Shown here piece by piece: positions 22,032 to 32,026 of a DNA stretch of 64,000 nucleotides; the stretch's first letter is position 1, and each line of letters starts with the position of its first letter. Location of the stretch: positions 51,920 to 115,919 of the forward strand of contig JAUNHB010000001.1 of NCBI GenBank assembly GCA_030524125.1, given 5' to 3'. The position numbers and the translations under genes were made by a program. This stretch comes from Eubacteriales bacterium (GTDB taxonomy: Bacteria > Bacillota > Clostridia > Lachnospirales > Lachnospiraceae). The notes beneath the pieces are model-generated. The model ran no database searches. It had not been told where the DNA came from and saw nothing but the letters and a program-made list of their open reading frames with translations.

Positions 22032-22993
22032 TCTGCCTCCTGCTCCAGCATCTGGCGCTCGATATGCAGCGTCAGATTGTTGATGATATCGTGGAAGGTT
22101 CCCCGCATGGTCACGCCGGCCGCACGGACATGTCCGCCGCCGCCGAAATACGAGGCCACCTGGCTTACGTCCACCAGCTCCTTGGAGCGCAGAGAGACTT
22201 TATACTCCATATTTCCGATCTGATTCAGGAAGATCGCCACCTCCACGCCTTCGGTCAGCCGCAGCTGGCTTACGATGCCGTCCAGATCCGTGGCCGTCAC
22301 GCCGAAGAAATCCATCTCCCGCTTGCGCATGACGCTGACGATGATCCTGCCGTCCAGCAGGCGCATACTCTCCAGCAGCGCCTTTCCCATCACCTGATTC
22401 TGCCGGTAGGTCTTCTTGTAATAGGTCTCCTCCAGCAGTCTGGAATAGGGAATGCCCTTCTCCATCAGCATGGCCGCCGTGCGCATGGTGGCGGGCGACG
22501 TGCAACTGTACTGGAACACGCCCGTGTCGTGGGCGATCCCCGTGTAGAGCGCCGCAGCCGCGGCCCCGGAGATCTTCTCCGGCTCCATCAGGCCGCAGAG
22601 CACCTCGCAGGTGGAGCTGGAGTCCGGCAGGATCACATTTTCCTGCGCAAAGCCGGGGTTGCTGATGTGATGATCCACGCAGATCGTCCTTCCCGCCTTC
22701 TCAAAATAAGGCAGCGCTCCCCCCAGCCGGTCGAGAGACGCGCAGTCCACGCTGATGAACAGATCGTAGCTGCGCTCCTCCCCGTCGGGCTGGCGGATCT
22801 CTCCGAAGCCGTCCAGCAGGGAAAACTTCACGTCCGGCTTCTCCAGCCAGATGTCCGCCTCCGTCTCCGGAAAATTGTCTCTGATGTAATTCCACAGGCC
22901 GATGCACGCGCCCACGCTGTCGCCGTCCGGACGGATGTGGCCTGCGATGGCTACGGTCCTGACGCCCTGCAATTCCTTTTCAAGCTGCATCAT
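22028..22993 (-). CDS. nrnA: DHH family nanoRNase/pAp phosphatase
   Basis: H.RPDGD, DHH, DTG, GGGGHVRAAG. Confidence 0.85.
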   Translation of the reverse strand: MMQLEKELQGVRTVAIAGHIRPDGDSVGACIGLWNYIRDNFPETEADIWLEKPDVKFSLLDGFGEIRQPDGEERSYDLFISVDCASLDRLGGALPYFEKAGRTICVDHHISNPGFAQENVILPDSSSTCEVLCGLMEPEKISGAAAAALYTGIAHDTGVFQYSCTSPATMRTAAMLMEKGIPYSRLLEETYYKKTYRQNQVMGKALLESMRLLDGRIIVSVMRKREMDFFGVTATDLDGIVSQLRLTEGVEVAIFLNQIGNMEYKVSLRSKELVDVSQVASYFGGGGHVRAAGVTMRGTFHDIINNLTLHIERQMLEQEAE

Positions 22994-23373
22994 GCTTCCT
23001 CATCCTCTTCTTCCCTGCCGATGTCTCTGGTGACCTCGTCGATCAGCCTCGACATGTTGACTCCGTAGGCGATGGACTGGTCCATGATAAACGAAACCTC
23101 CGGCGTATTGCGAAGATTCAGCTCCCTTGCCAGCTGCCTGCGGATATAGCCCTCCGCGCTCTTAAGTCCCGCCAGCGTGGACTGCTGGGACTCCTCGTCC
23201 CCCAGCACGCTGACATAAGCCTTGCACGTCTTCAGATCCGGGGCGACCTCCACGGTCACCACCGAGGTCATCGGATGGATGCGCGGGTCCTTGATCTCCG
23301 TGCGGATGATCTCGGACAGCACCTTTTGGACCTCCCCGTTGATACGGGTATTTTTAATACTGTTTTTTCTCAT
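22990..23373 (-). CDS. rbfA: Ribosome-binding factor A
   Basis: EIKDPRI, LRNTPE; follows infB. Confidence 0.93.
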   Translation of the reverse strand: MRKNSIKNTRINGEVQKVLSEIIRTEIKDPRIHPMTSVVTVEVAPDLKTCKAYVSVLGDEESQQSTLAGLKSAEGYIRRQLARELNLRNTPEVSFIMDQSIAYGVNMSRLIDEVTRDIGREEEDEEA

Positions 23374-23374
23374 T

Positions 23375-26242
23375 CTATCTTGGCACCTCTACCATCGTGT
23401 AGGCCTCGACGATATCCAGTTCCTGGATGTCGTTGAATTTTTCAAATACAAGACCGCACTCGAAGCCCGCCTTTACTTCCTTTACGTCGTCCTTGAAACG
23501 CTTCAGGGAAGCCAGCTCTCCTTCATAGATCTGCTGTCCCTCTCTGGAAATGCGGACCTTGCAGCCTCTCTGGAACACGCCGTCCAGCACATAGGATCCG
23601 GCGATGTTTCCGATGCCGGACGCCTTGAAGATCTGACGGATCTCCGCATGGCCCAGCACCTTCTCCTCGAAGATCGGATCCAGCATGCCCTTCATGGCCC
23701 GCTCCACATCCTCGATGGCGTCGTAGATCACGCGGTACAGTCGGACATCCACCTTCTCGCGCTCCGCGGTTTCCTTGGCCGTAGCGTCCACCTTCACGTT
23801 GAAGCCGATGATGATGGCCGAGGACGCGCTCGCCAGCGTCACGTCGGACTCGTTGATGGCTCCCACCGCTCCGTGGATGCACTTGACGACGACCTCCTCG
23901 TTGGACAGCTTCAGGAGGGACTGCTTCACAGCCTCCACCGAGCCCGCCACGTCAGCCTTGATGACCAGATTGAGCTCCTTTAAGCTGCCGGACTGGATCT
24001 GGGAATACAGATCGTCCAGAGACATCTTAAGCTTCGTATCCTCCAGCATCTTCTCGCGGCTCTCCTTAATGAAGGTCTCCGCAAAGGTCCTTGCCTCCTT
24101 GTCACTCTCCGGCGAGATAAAGATCTCTCCGGCCATGGGCACGTCGTTGAGTCCGAGGATCTCCACCGGCATGGACGGTCCGGCTTCCTTGACGCGCCGT
24201 CCCTTGTCGTCCATCATGGCGCGGACTTTTCCGTAGGAGGAGCCTGCCGCGATGAAGTCTCCCACATGCAGCGTACCCTTCTGTACGAGAACGGTGGCCA
24301 CCGGGCCCTTTCCTTTGTCAAGCTCCGCCTCGATGACAAGGCCTCTCGCCTGCCGCGCGGGGTTGGACTTCAGCTCCAGCACGTCGGCGGTCAGAAGCAC
24401 CATCTCCAGAAGCTCCTCGATACCGACTCTGGATTTGGCGGACACCGGCACGCAGATGGTGCTGCCGCCCCAGTCCTCGGCCACAAGGCCGTACTCGGTC
24501 AGCTCCTGCTTCACGCGGTCCACGCTGGCTCCCGGCTTGTCGATCTTGTTGATGGCCACGATGATCTCCACGCCCGCGGCCTTCGCATGATTGATGGCCT
24601 CCACCGTCTGGGGCTTCACGCCGTCGTCCGCAGCCACCACGAGGATCGCGATGTCCGTGGAGTTGGCTCCTCTCATACGCATGGCCGTGAACGCCTCGTG
24701 TCCCGGCGTATCCAGAAACGTGATCTGGCGTCCCGCCGCCGTCACCATGTAGGCTCCGATGTGCTGGGTGATGCCGCCGGCCTCCCGGTCGGTCACGTTC
24801 GTATCGCGGATCGCGTCCAGAAGGGAGGTCTTTCCGTGGTCTACGTGTCCCATGACGCACACGACCGGCGCTCTCGATACGAGCGTATCCTCGGCGTCCT
24901 CCGTGTCCTCCAGAAGCTTTCCGATCACATCCTCCTTGACCTCCGGCTCCGGATCAAAGTTGTATTCCATGGCGATCTCTCCCGCGGCGTCGAAGTCCAG
25001 CTCCGAGTTCACGGTCAGCATCTTGCCTGCCAGGAACAGCTTCTTGATGATCGCCGACGGCTGGATCTTCATGCGCTCCGCCAGATCGGAAATGCTGATC
25101 ATCTCCGGCAGCGCCAGCTTCTTGGGCTCCATGGAATCCTTTTTGGCCGCGGGCTGGGTCTCCGGCTTGATGAAGCGTCCCGGACGATTCTTCAGCTTGC
25201 TGATGTCCGCGTCCTTGTACTGCTTCTCCTGCTTCTGGTGGTTGCGGTTGTCATATCTTCTTCCCTCCGGCTTGGTCTCCACCGGAGTCTCAAAGGCGCC
25301 CTTCATCTGACGTCCAAGGCCGCCTCTGCCGCCCTGCGCGCCTCTGCCGTCGCCGCGTCCCTGCTGGGAGCCTGCGCCTCTGCCGTAGCCCGGACGGTCT
25401 CCGGGTCTTCCCTGCGGACGGTCTCCGCCTCTGTTGAAGCCGGGACGGTCTCCGCTGCGGTTATAACCCGGGCGGTCTCCTCTTCCGTCTGTGCGGGTTC
25501 CCTGCGGACGGTCTCCGCTCCGGTTATAGCCCGGACGGTCTCCTCTTCCGTCGCCTCTGCCGTGGTCTCCTCTTCCGTCGCCTCTGCCGTAGCCCGGGCG
25601 GTCTCCTCTGCCCTCCGTGCGGGCTCCCTGCGGACGGTCTCCGTAGGAACGGCGCTCACCGTTCCCTCCTGCGGGACGGCCTGCTCCCGCCGCTGGACGG
25701 GCGGACGGTCTGCTCTCGCTTCTTGCCGTTCCCTCCGCTCTCTGCTCCGGTCTGGTCTCCGGTCTCGCCGCCGGACGGGCGGTCTGTCCTGCCGGAGCCG
25801 CCGGACGCTCTGCTCCCGGAGCCGCCTTGGCCGCCGGACGGGATGTCGGCGCGGCCGTCGAGGGAGCCGCCCCCTCGCGTCTAGGCGCGCTCTTGGCCCC
25901 CGCGGGCTTCGTTCCCTGCGGTCTCGCCGCCGGAGTCCTGCGCTCGGGGCTTTTTCTGTCCCGGCTGTTCTCCGGATTGTGCACGACCACGAATTTCTTT
26001 TTCTTTACGGGAGGCTTCTGCACCGCCTCTCCTTCAGGAGCAGCCTTGCGGGCCTCCTTCGGAGCCTCTGCCTGCTGCCTGCCGGCCAGCTCGCCCCGCA
26101 CCTGTTCTGCCTGATTATCTTCAAGTGTTGCCATATGTGTTGTCACCTCAATATTCTTCTCTGCCAGTACGGCCATGATTTCTTTGCTTGTTTTGTTCAG
26201 TTCCTTCGCGAGTTCATACACGCGGATGTTTTTATTTGACAT
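23375..26242 (-). CDS. infB: Translation initiation factor IF-2
   Basis: Start [15 protein letters not shown]; [17 protein letters not shown]. Confidence 0.96.
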   Translation of the reverse strand: MSNKNIRVYELAKELNKTSKEIMAVLAEKNIEVTTHMATLEDNQAEQVRGELAGRQQAEAPKEARKAAPEGEAVQKPPVKKKKFVVVHNPENSRDRKSPERRTPAARPQGTKPAGAKSAPRREGAAPSTAAPTSRPAAKAAPGAERPAAPAGQTARPAARPETRPEQRAEGTARSESRPSARPAAGAGRPAGGNGERRSYGDRPQGARTEGRGDRPGYGRGDGRGDHGRGDGRGDRPGYNRSGDRPQGTRTDGRGDRPGYNRSGDRPGFNRGGDRPQGRPGDRPGYGRGAGSQQGRGDGRGAQGGRGGLGRQMKGAFETPVETKPEGRRYDNRNHQKQEKQYKDADISKLKNRPGRFIKPETQPAAKKDSMEPKKLALPEMISISDLAERMKIQPSAIIKKLFLAGKMLTVNSELDFDAAGEIAMEYNFDPEPEVKEDVIGKLLEDTEDAEDTLVSRAPVVCVMGHVDHGKTSLLDAIRDTNVTDREAGGITQHIGAYMVTAAGRQITFLDTPGHEAFTAMRMRGANSTDIAILVVAADDGVKPQTVEAINHAKAAGVEIIVAINKIDKPGASVDRVKQELTEYGLVAEDWGGSTICVPVSAKSRVGIEELLEMVLLTADVLELKSNPARQARGLVIEAELDKGKGPVATVLVQKGTLHVGDFIAAGSSYGKVRAMMDDKGRRVKEAGPSMPVEILGLNDVPMAGEIFISPESDKEARTFAETFIKESREKMLEDTKLKMSLDDLYSQIQSGSLKELNLVIKADVAGSVEAVKQSLLKLSNEEVVVKCIHGAVGAINESDVTLASASSAIIIGFNVKVDATAKETAEREKVDVRLYRVIYDAIEDVERAMKGMLDPIFEEKVLGHAEIRQIFKASGIGNIAGSYVLDGVFQRGCKVRISREGQQIYEGELASLKRFKDDVKEVKAGFECGLVFEKFNDIQELDIVEAYTMVEVPR

Positions 26243-26573
26243 TCTGTCCGACGCCTCCAGTTCCTGCTTCCTGTTCCAGTATCCGGACCATCGCCGCGGC
26301 CAGACCTTCGTCCTCCACCGCCGCCGACATCCGGAATTCCTTTCCGCAGGCCGCCCCCAGCTCCGCGCTGCTGCCGAAGCAGTACATGGGAACCTTGTAG
26401 TGGCTGCACAGATTGCGGAATTTTTTCTTTGCGTTCTCAGAGGCCTCATCCGATACGAGCACCAGCCTTGCCCTTCCCTGACGGACGGATTTTTCCACGG
26501 AAAATTCTCCGCTGACGGTCCGCCCCGCTCTGGTGGCCAGCCCCATATAGGAAAGGATCTTAGTCTCCTGCAA
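26232..26573 (-). CDS. ylxQ: L7Ae family protein (YlxQ-like)
   Basis: [24 protein letters not shown]; operon position. Confidence 0.82.
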   Translation of the reverse strand: MQETKILSYMGLATRAGRTVSGEFSVEKSVRQGRARLVLVSDEASENAKKKFRNLCSHYKVPMYCFGSSAELGAACGKEFRMSAAVEDEGLAAAMVRILEQEAGTGGVGQNVK

Positions 26574-26838
26574 AAGCTTCCATCTCCTTTTCCAGAGCTT
26601 CGTAGATCTCCTCCGGAATCGGAACCTTCAGCGCCCGTTCCAGACCTTTGGATTTTATCGCTTTCCGGAGGCATTCCCGGCTGACGCACAGATATGCGCC
26701 TCTGCCGTTCTTCCGCCCGGTGGCGTCCGGTACGATCTCCCCCTCCGCCGTGCGAAGGATGCGTACCATCTCTTTTTTGCTCTTCATCTCACCGCACCCG
26801 ACGCACTGCCGCATGGGCGCTTTTTTCACTGTTCCCAA
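26560..26838 (-). CDS. ylxR: YlxR/RnpM family protein
   Basis: [15 protein letters not shown]. Confidence 0.88.
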   Translation of the reverse strand: MGTVKKAPMRQCVGCGEMKSKKEMVRILRTAEGEIVPDATGRKNGRGAYLCVSRECLRKAIKSKGLERALKVPIPEEIYEALEKEMEAFAGD

Positions 26839-28016
26839 TCCTGCTCCTGTTCCTCCGTATCCTCAGAATATGCGCCGTCGTCCTCCGCGTATGACTCGTC
26901 GTAGGACTCCTCCGCATACTCGTCCTCATACTCTTCATCCTCGTCCTCGTCATAGAAGCCCTCGTAGAAGCCTTCGATGGCGTTGGCCTGGCTCTCGCTC
27001 TTGATGTCGATCTTGAATCCGGTCAGTCTCGCGGCCAGTCTCGCGTTCTGGCCTTCCTTGCCGATGGCCAGGGAGAGCTGATAATCGGGGACGACCACCT
27101 TTGCGGTCTTCTCCTCCACGTCCGCCAGTACCACCACGACCTTGGCCGGACTCAGCGCGTTCTCGATCAGCAGGGCCGGGTTCTCGTTCCAGTTGATGAT
27201 GTCGATCTTCTCGCCCTTCAGCTCGCTCACGATGGAGTTGACGCGGGCTCCGTTGAGTCCCACGCAGGCTCCCACCGGATCCACGTCCGGGTCGTTGGAC
27301 CAGACTGCGATCTTCGTTCTGGATCCGGCCTCTCTGGCGATGCTCTTGATCTCCACCGTGCCGTCCCTCACCTCGGTCACCTCCGACTCAAAGAGTCGCT
27401 TCACCAGCTCCGGATGGGTGCGGGATACGAGGATCCGCGGCCCCTTGGTGGTGTCCTTGACCTCCAGAATATAGACCTTGATGCGCTCGGTGGGCGTAAA
27501 TACCTCTCCCTTGACCATCTCGTTCTCGTTGAGGATCGCGTCCACCTTGCCCAGGTTCACGCTGACATTTCTGCCGATGTAGCGCTGCACCACGCCGGTG
27601 ACCACATCCTTCTCCTTGGCATAGTACTGGTTGAACAGTACCTTGCGCTCCTCCTCGCGGATCTTCTGCAGGATCACGTTTCTGGCGTTCTGCGTGGTGA
27701 TCCGTCCGAACTCCTTTGACTTGATCTCCTCGCGCACAATGTCTCCCAGCTCGTACTTGGGATCCAGAAGCTTGGCCTCCGCCAGACTGATCTGCGTCAC
27801 GTCGTTTTCCACCTGCTCCACGACCGTCTTCTCCGCAAACACCCGGAAGTCGCAGGTGTCCCTGTCGATCTCCACGCGGAAATTGTCCGTGTCCTTGCCG
27901 AAATGGCCTTTGCATGCGGTGATCAGAGAATTCTCAATGGCGTCCAGCATGACATCCTTGCTGATGTCCTTCTCCTTCTCCAGAATCTCCAGTGCCGTCT
28001 TCAGTTCAGTGTTCAT
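26826..28016 (-). CDS. nusA: Transcription factor NusA
   Basis: REAGSRTKIAV, DPVGACVG, SLAIGKEGQNARLAA. Confidence 0.96.
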   Translation of the reverse strand: MNTELKTALEILEKEKDISKDVMLDAIENSLITACKGHFGKDTDNFRVEIDRDTCDFRVFAEKTVVEQVENDVTQISLAEAKLLDPKYELGDIVREEIKSKEFGRITTQNARNVILQKIREEERKVLFNQYYAKEKDVVTGVVQRYIGRNVSVNLGKVDAILNENEMVKGEVFTPTERIKVYILEVKDTTKGPRILVSRTHPELVKRLFESEVTEVRDGTVEIKSIAREAGSRTKIAVWSNDPDVDPVGACVGLNGARVNSIVSELKGEKIDIINWNENPALLIENALSPAKVVVVLADVEEKTAKVVVPDYQLSLAIGKEGQNARLAARLTGFKIDIKSESQANAIEGFYEGFYDEDEDEEYEDEYAEESYDESYAEDDGAYSEDTEEQEQDWEQ

Positions 28017-28033
28017 TTTGTGCTCTTTCCTCC

Positions 28034-28501
28034 TTAAAAATCAAACGCCAGCCGGATCAGCGCGATGTTCGGCCGCTCGATCACAAGTGTGGCTTCGTCC
28101 TCAAATTCAAGCGTCACGGTGTCCTTGTCCCATGCCTTCAGGATTCCCGTAAACTCCTTCTGCCTCTCCACCGCCCGGAACAGTCTCACATCCACAGACT
28201 CTCCGATGCTTCGGGCAAAATCCTTATCCTTCTTCAGAGGCCTGCCAAGACCCGGAGAGCTGACCTCCAGAATATAGGCTTCCTCAATATAGTTTTCTTC
28301 ATCCAGAAGATCCGACAGCACGCGGCTCACGGCCTCGCAGTCGTCGATGGTGATGCCGCCCGGCTTGTCGATGTAGGCTCTCAGAAACCAGCTTCCCGCC
28401 TCCTTGACAAACTCCACGTCCACCAGCTCAAAATGACGCTCCTCCACGATCGGAAGGAGCAGCGCTTCTGTCCTCTGCTCGTATGTCTCCCTCTTTGTCA
28501 A
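28034..28501 (-). CDS. rimP: Ribosome maturation factor
   Basis: IDDCE.VSR, LEVSSPGLGRPL. Confidence 0.93.
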   Translation of the reverse strand: MTKRETYEQRTEALLLPIVEERHFELVDVEFVKEAGSWFLRAYIDKPGGITIDDCEAVSRVLSDLLDEENYIEEAYILEVSSPGLGRPLKKDKDFARSIGESVDVRLFRAVERQKEFTGILKAWDKDTVTLEFEDEATLVIERPNIALIRLAFDF

Positions 28502-28575
28502 TCAGTGACCTCCTTATTATATGCATCATGGTTTTCCCATTCGCCGCAATGCGCTCCTTCATGGTTCCTGCCCCT

Positions 28576-28624
28576 GCAGGAACTGCGCCTGCGGCGGCTT
28601 TTCCTCTCCGCCGCAGTGCGATCC
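28576..28624. repeat. Module F hairpin repeat
   Basis: CGCCTGCGGCGG...TCCGCCGCAGTGCGATCC recurs at 62748-62812. Confidence 0.55.
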
Positions 28625-28669
28625 TCAACGGAGCGCTCCTTCTTACGTATAAGACGAATCCTTATACAT

Positions 28670-28702
28670 AAGAAGGAGTGGACTTTTGTCCACCCCTTTC
28701 TT
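28670..28702 (-). promoter_or_regulatory. rimP-leader-like attenuator hairpin
   Basis: Minus strand GGGGTGGAC-aaaa-GTCCACTCC-TTCTT, just downstream of a TTGCAT/TATACT promoter. Confidence 0.55.
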
Positions 28703-28802
28703 AAGTCTACGCATCATGTTAAATCAAGTATAACACAACCCGGCGCAAATGCAAGCACTTTTTTCGCCGTTTCCATGGCCGGGTGCGGAGCGTCTCCTTG
28801 CC

Positions 28803-29705
28803 TTATGTCTGGTTTATCTTTTTGATGTTCTCCTCGGTGAGGTATTCAAAGGGAAACTCCATGATCCGGGCGTCGCCCATCCAGTCCGCCACCCATTCCT
28901 CATAGACAGATTGATCCATGGGGGCCGTGTCCTCCTCGCCTTCCGGCGTCGCGTAGTAGACGATTCCCGCGCCGCTTGTATCGGCCTCCTCCGGAAAGGG
29001 ATTTCCCTGATAATCTGTCTCTGACCATTCCTTCTCCCATGCGTCCACAGAGGCTGTTACCGTATAGGTATCGCCCTCCGCGTCGTAGCGGTACAGGGTG
29101 TAGGGCCAGAAATCTCCATAGGGCGCCAGTCCATGATTGTGGGACAGCTTCGCCTTTACATATCCGTTTTCATAAAAGGTCACAGACGGAAACTCCGAAA
29201 ATTCCTCCCGCACGGCGTCCTGCTCCTCGTCAAAATCATAAATCAGAAACCGCTTGCCCGCCATGGTAGTCGTCTGATAGAAGATCACAAGCTCCTGCCT
29301 GCCGTCCTGATCCGCATCGCATACGGCAAATTTGTTTGTCGTGACATCCCCGCCATATTCAAACCCGTAATCCTGCCCGTCCGGAAAGCGGTGCTCATAG
29401 AAAATATCCTCCAGAACGGAGCGGTACGCGCCGGCCGCCGCCCCGGAGAGGGACACAGGCGGGGCGGAAGCTTCTTCCGTCCCGTCTGTGCCGCTTCCCG
29501 CATCCTCTTCTGTTCCGGCCGCGTTCCCCGCCTGCTCCGCGTCCGCCTCTTCCGGCTCTGCCGCGTCCCCCGTCTGCTCCGTGTCCGTCTCTTCCGCTTC
29601 TTCTGCCGCCTGTGCCATTTTTTCTGCCAGCCCGGCCTGCGCGCCGCAGCCGGACACTGCCAGCAGGGATGCGCCTAATAGAAGCGCCGCGCAATGATTT
29701 TTCAT
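28803..29705 (-). CDS. Hypothetical acidic lipoprotein
   Basis: Lipobox VSGC, acidic linker, DADQDG motif; RBS GGAGG. Confidence 0.7.
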   Translation of the reverse strand: MKNHCAALLLGASLLAVSGCGAQAGLAEKMAQAAEEAEETDTEQTGDAAEPEEADAEQAGNAAGTEEDAGSGTDGTEEASAPPVSLSGAAAGAYRSVLEDIFYEHRFPDGQDYGFEYGGDVTTNKFAVCDADQDGRQELVIFYQTTTMAGKRFLIYDFDEEQDAVREEFSEFPSVTFYENGYVKAKLSHNHGLAPYGDFWPYTLYRYDAEGDTYTVTASVDAWEKEWSETDYQGNPFPEEADTSGAGIVYYATPEGEEDTAPMDQSVYEEWVADWMGDARIMEFPFEYLTEENIKKINQT

Positions 29706-29758
29706 TTCGTCCCTGTCCCTCCTTTCAGGAAACGTCAAACGGCTGCGCCCCCGGGAAA

Positions 29759-29820
29759 TAATCGTTCAGCCGGCCGCAAAGCCGCGCTGACGCGCTTTTG
29801 CAGCCGGCTGAACCGGTTAC
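29759..29820. repeat. Family A minimal derivative (single hairpin)
   Basis: GTTCAGCCGGC-CGCAAAGCCGCGCTGACGCGC-TTTTGCA-GCCGGCTGAAC. Confidence 0.8.
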
Positions 29821-29851
29821 TTCAAAGAATCAGGGGTGCAGCCGTTCGTCC

Positions 29852-31027
29852 TTACAGTCTCGCCACTCCGGTCTTTCTCGCGGCCTCTGCCACGGCGGCG
29901 GCCACGGCCTTTCCGACTCTCTTGTCGAACGCCTTCGGGATGATATACTCCTCGCTCAGCTCCTCGTCGGAGATCAGGTTGGCCAGCGCGTCGGAGGCCG
30001 CCAGCTTCATCTCGTCGTTGATATCTCTGGCGCGCACGTCGAAGGTGCCGCGGAAGATACCCGGGAATGCCAGCACGTTGTTGATCTGGTTCGGGAAATC
30101 GCTGCGTCCGGTCGCTACGACTCTCGCTCCGCCCGCTTTCGCCTCGTCCGGGAAGATCTCCGGCGTCGGGTTCGCGCACGCGAAGATGATCGCGTCTTTG
30201 TTCATAGTCTTCACCATGTCGGGCGTCACGGTTCCCGGCGCGCTCACGCCGATGAACACGTCCGCGCCCACCAGCATATCGGCAAGGCTTCCGCTCTTCT
30301 TCTCCAGGTTGGTCACCTTTGCCATCTCCTCTTTCACCGGGTTCATGCCCTCGGCGCGTCCCTCGTAGATGGCGCCCTTACGGTCGCACAGGACGACGTT
30401 CTTCACGCCTGCGGTCAGGAGAAGCTTGGTGATGGAGATCGCCGCTGCGCCCGCTCCGTTGACTACGACCTTCACCTCGTCCTTCTTCTTTCCTACCAGC
30501 TTCAGCGCGTTGGTCAGACCCGCCAGCGTGATGATGGCGGTTCCGTGCTGGTCGTCATGGAAGATCGGGATATCGCATTTCTCTTTCAGCTTCTTCTCGA
30601 TCTCAAAGCAGCGGGGAGCGGAGATGTCCTCCAGATTGACGCCCGCGAAGCTTCCGGAGATCATATAGATGGTGTTGACGATCTCGTCCACATCCTTGCT
30701 CTTGACGCACAGCGGGAACGCATCCACGTCGCCGAACGCCTTGAACAGTACGCATTTTCCTTCCATGACCGGCATACCGGCCTCCGGCCCGATGTCGCCC
30801 AGTCCGAGCACGGCGGTTCCGTCCGTGACAACCAGACACAGGTTATGGCGGCGGGTCAGCTCATAGCTCTTCTCCACATCCTTCTGGATCTCCAGGCAGG
30901 GCTGCGCCACGCCCGGCGTATAAGCAAGCGACAGATCGTCCTTCGTCTCAACCGGAACGGTAGCCACTACCTCGATCTTGCCCTTCCACTCTTTATGAAG
31001 TCTCAAAGACTCTTTTGCGTAATCCAT
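29852..31027 (-). CDS. NAD(P)-dependent malic enzyme
   Basis: SLAYTPGVA, DGTAVLGLG, FHDDQHGTA, NGAGAA, ATGRSDFPNQ. Confidence 0.93.
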   Translation of the reverse strand: MDYAKESLRLHKEWKGKIEVVATVPVETKDDLSLAYTPGVAQPCLEIQKDVEKSYELTRRHNLCLVVTDGTAVLGLGDIGPEAGMPVMEGKCVLFKAFGDVDAFPLCVKSKDVDEIVNTIYMISGSFAGVNLEDISAPRCFEIEKKLKEKCDIPIFHDDQHGTAIITLAGLTNALKLVGKKKDEVKVVVNGAGAAAISITKLLLTAGVKNVVLCDRKGAIYEGRAEGMNPVKEEMAKVTNLEKKSGSLADMLVGADVFIGVSAPGTVTPDMVKTMNKDAIIFACANPTPEIFPDEAKAGGARVVATGRSDFPNQINNVLAFPGIFRGTFDVRARDINDEMKLAASDALANLISDEELSEEYIIPKAFDKRVGKAVAAAVAEAARKTGVARL

Positions 31028-31152
31028 GTTTGATCTCCTCCTGTATTTTCAGACTAAGTATGTTAAAAAAATAACCATCTTTCACATCATACTCTTTAGC
31101 GGCCGTTCTGTCAATCGAGAATCTGTTAAAAAATCGTTCAGACGGCTGCGTT

Positions 31153-32016
31153 CTACCGGGTCTTGGACAGCGCGAAGATGGCCAGCACGCCAGCTCCCGT
31201 GTGCGCGCCGATGACCGGTCCCACGAAATCGATCAGCACGTTCTGGATCCCGTACTGGGATTTGAGCTGGTCGCGGATGGCCTCCGCCTCCTCCAGACAG
31301 TCTCCGTGGCTGATGAACACGGTCGTCTCCCCGTCCGCGATGCCGTCCATCAGCTTTCCGACGATGGTCTGGATCGCTTTTCTGCGGCCGCGCACCTTCC
31401 CGATGACCTCCAGCTTTCCTTCCTCGTTCACGCGGATGATCGGCTTGATCCCCACCATGCTTCCGAGCACCGCGCTACTTCTGGACACCCGGCCTCCCCG
31501 GTAGAGATGATACAGATCGTCTACCGTCACATAGGAAGCGATCCGCTCCTTTGCCTCCTCGCACCAGCGGGCCGTCTCGTCGAGGGACGCTCCGCTCTCC
31601 TTAAGCTCCTGCGCCTTATAGACGAGAAGCCCCTGTCCCAGAGACGCCAGCAGAGTGTCCACGACGACGATCCTGCACTCCGGATATTCCTCCATCAGCT
31701 CCTGCGCCGCCACGGCCGCGCTCTGGCAGCTCCCGCTCAGGCCCGAGGAGAACGCCAGATGGAGCACGTCCTTTCCCTCCTTCACCAGCGGCTCGAACAT
31801 GGCTCTCGCCTGCTCCGGGTTCACCTGCGACGTGGTCGGCATAGCTCCCTCGCGGATCCGCTGGTACAGCTCTTTTGCCCCGATGGGATGATCCCCGTTG
31901 TAGGTCTCTCCGTCCAGAAGACAGCTCAAAGAGGTCATGGGGATCCCCTTCTCCTCCAGATAGGACGCCGGAAGATCGGCGCTGCTGTCAGTGGTGATCA
32001 CATATGGTCTCATCAT
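31153..32016 (-). CDS. DegV family fatty-acid-binding protein
   Basis: TDSSADL, TTSQ, SSGLSGS, GGRVS, VIGAHTG. Confidence 0.92.
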   Translation of the reverse strand: MMRPYVITTDSSADLPASYLEEKGIPMTSLSCLLDGETYNGDHPIGAKELYQRIREGAMPTTSQVNPEQARAMFEPLVKEGKDVLHLAFSSGLSGSCQSAAVAAQELMEEYPECRIVVVDTLLASLGQGLLVYKAQELKESGASLDETARWCEEAKERIASYVTVDDLYHLYRGGRVSRSSAVLGSMVGIKPIIRVNEEGKLEVIGKVRGRRKAIQTIVGKLMDGIADGETTVFISHGDCLEEAEAIRDQLKSQYGIQNVLIDFVGPVIGAHTGAGVLAIFALSKTR

Positions 32017-32026
32017 ACATTCCTCC

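Noticed and set aside
26243-26689. N-terminal extensions in the ORF track for infB (also MATE, nusB, prfC, recN, nadK)
   Set aside because: They overlap upstream genes or repeats; downstream starts match the known N-termini and mostly have a clear RBS.
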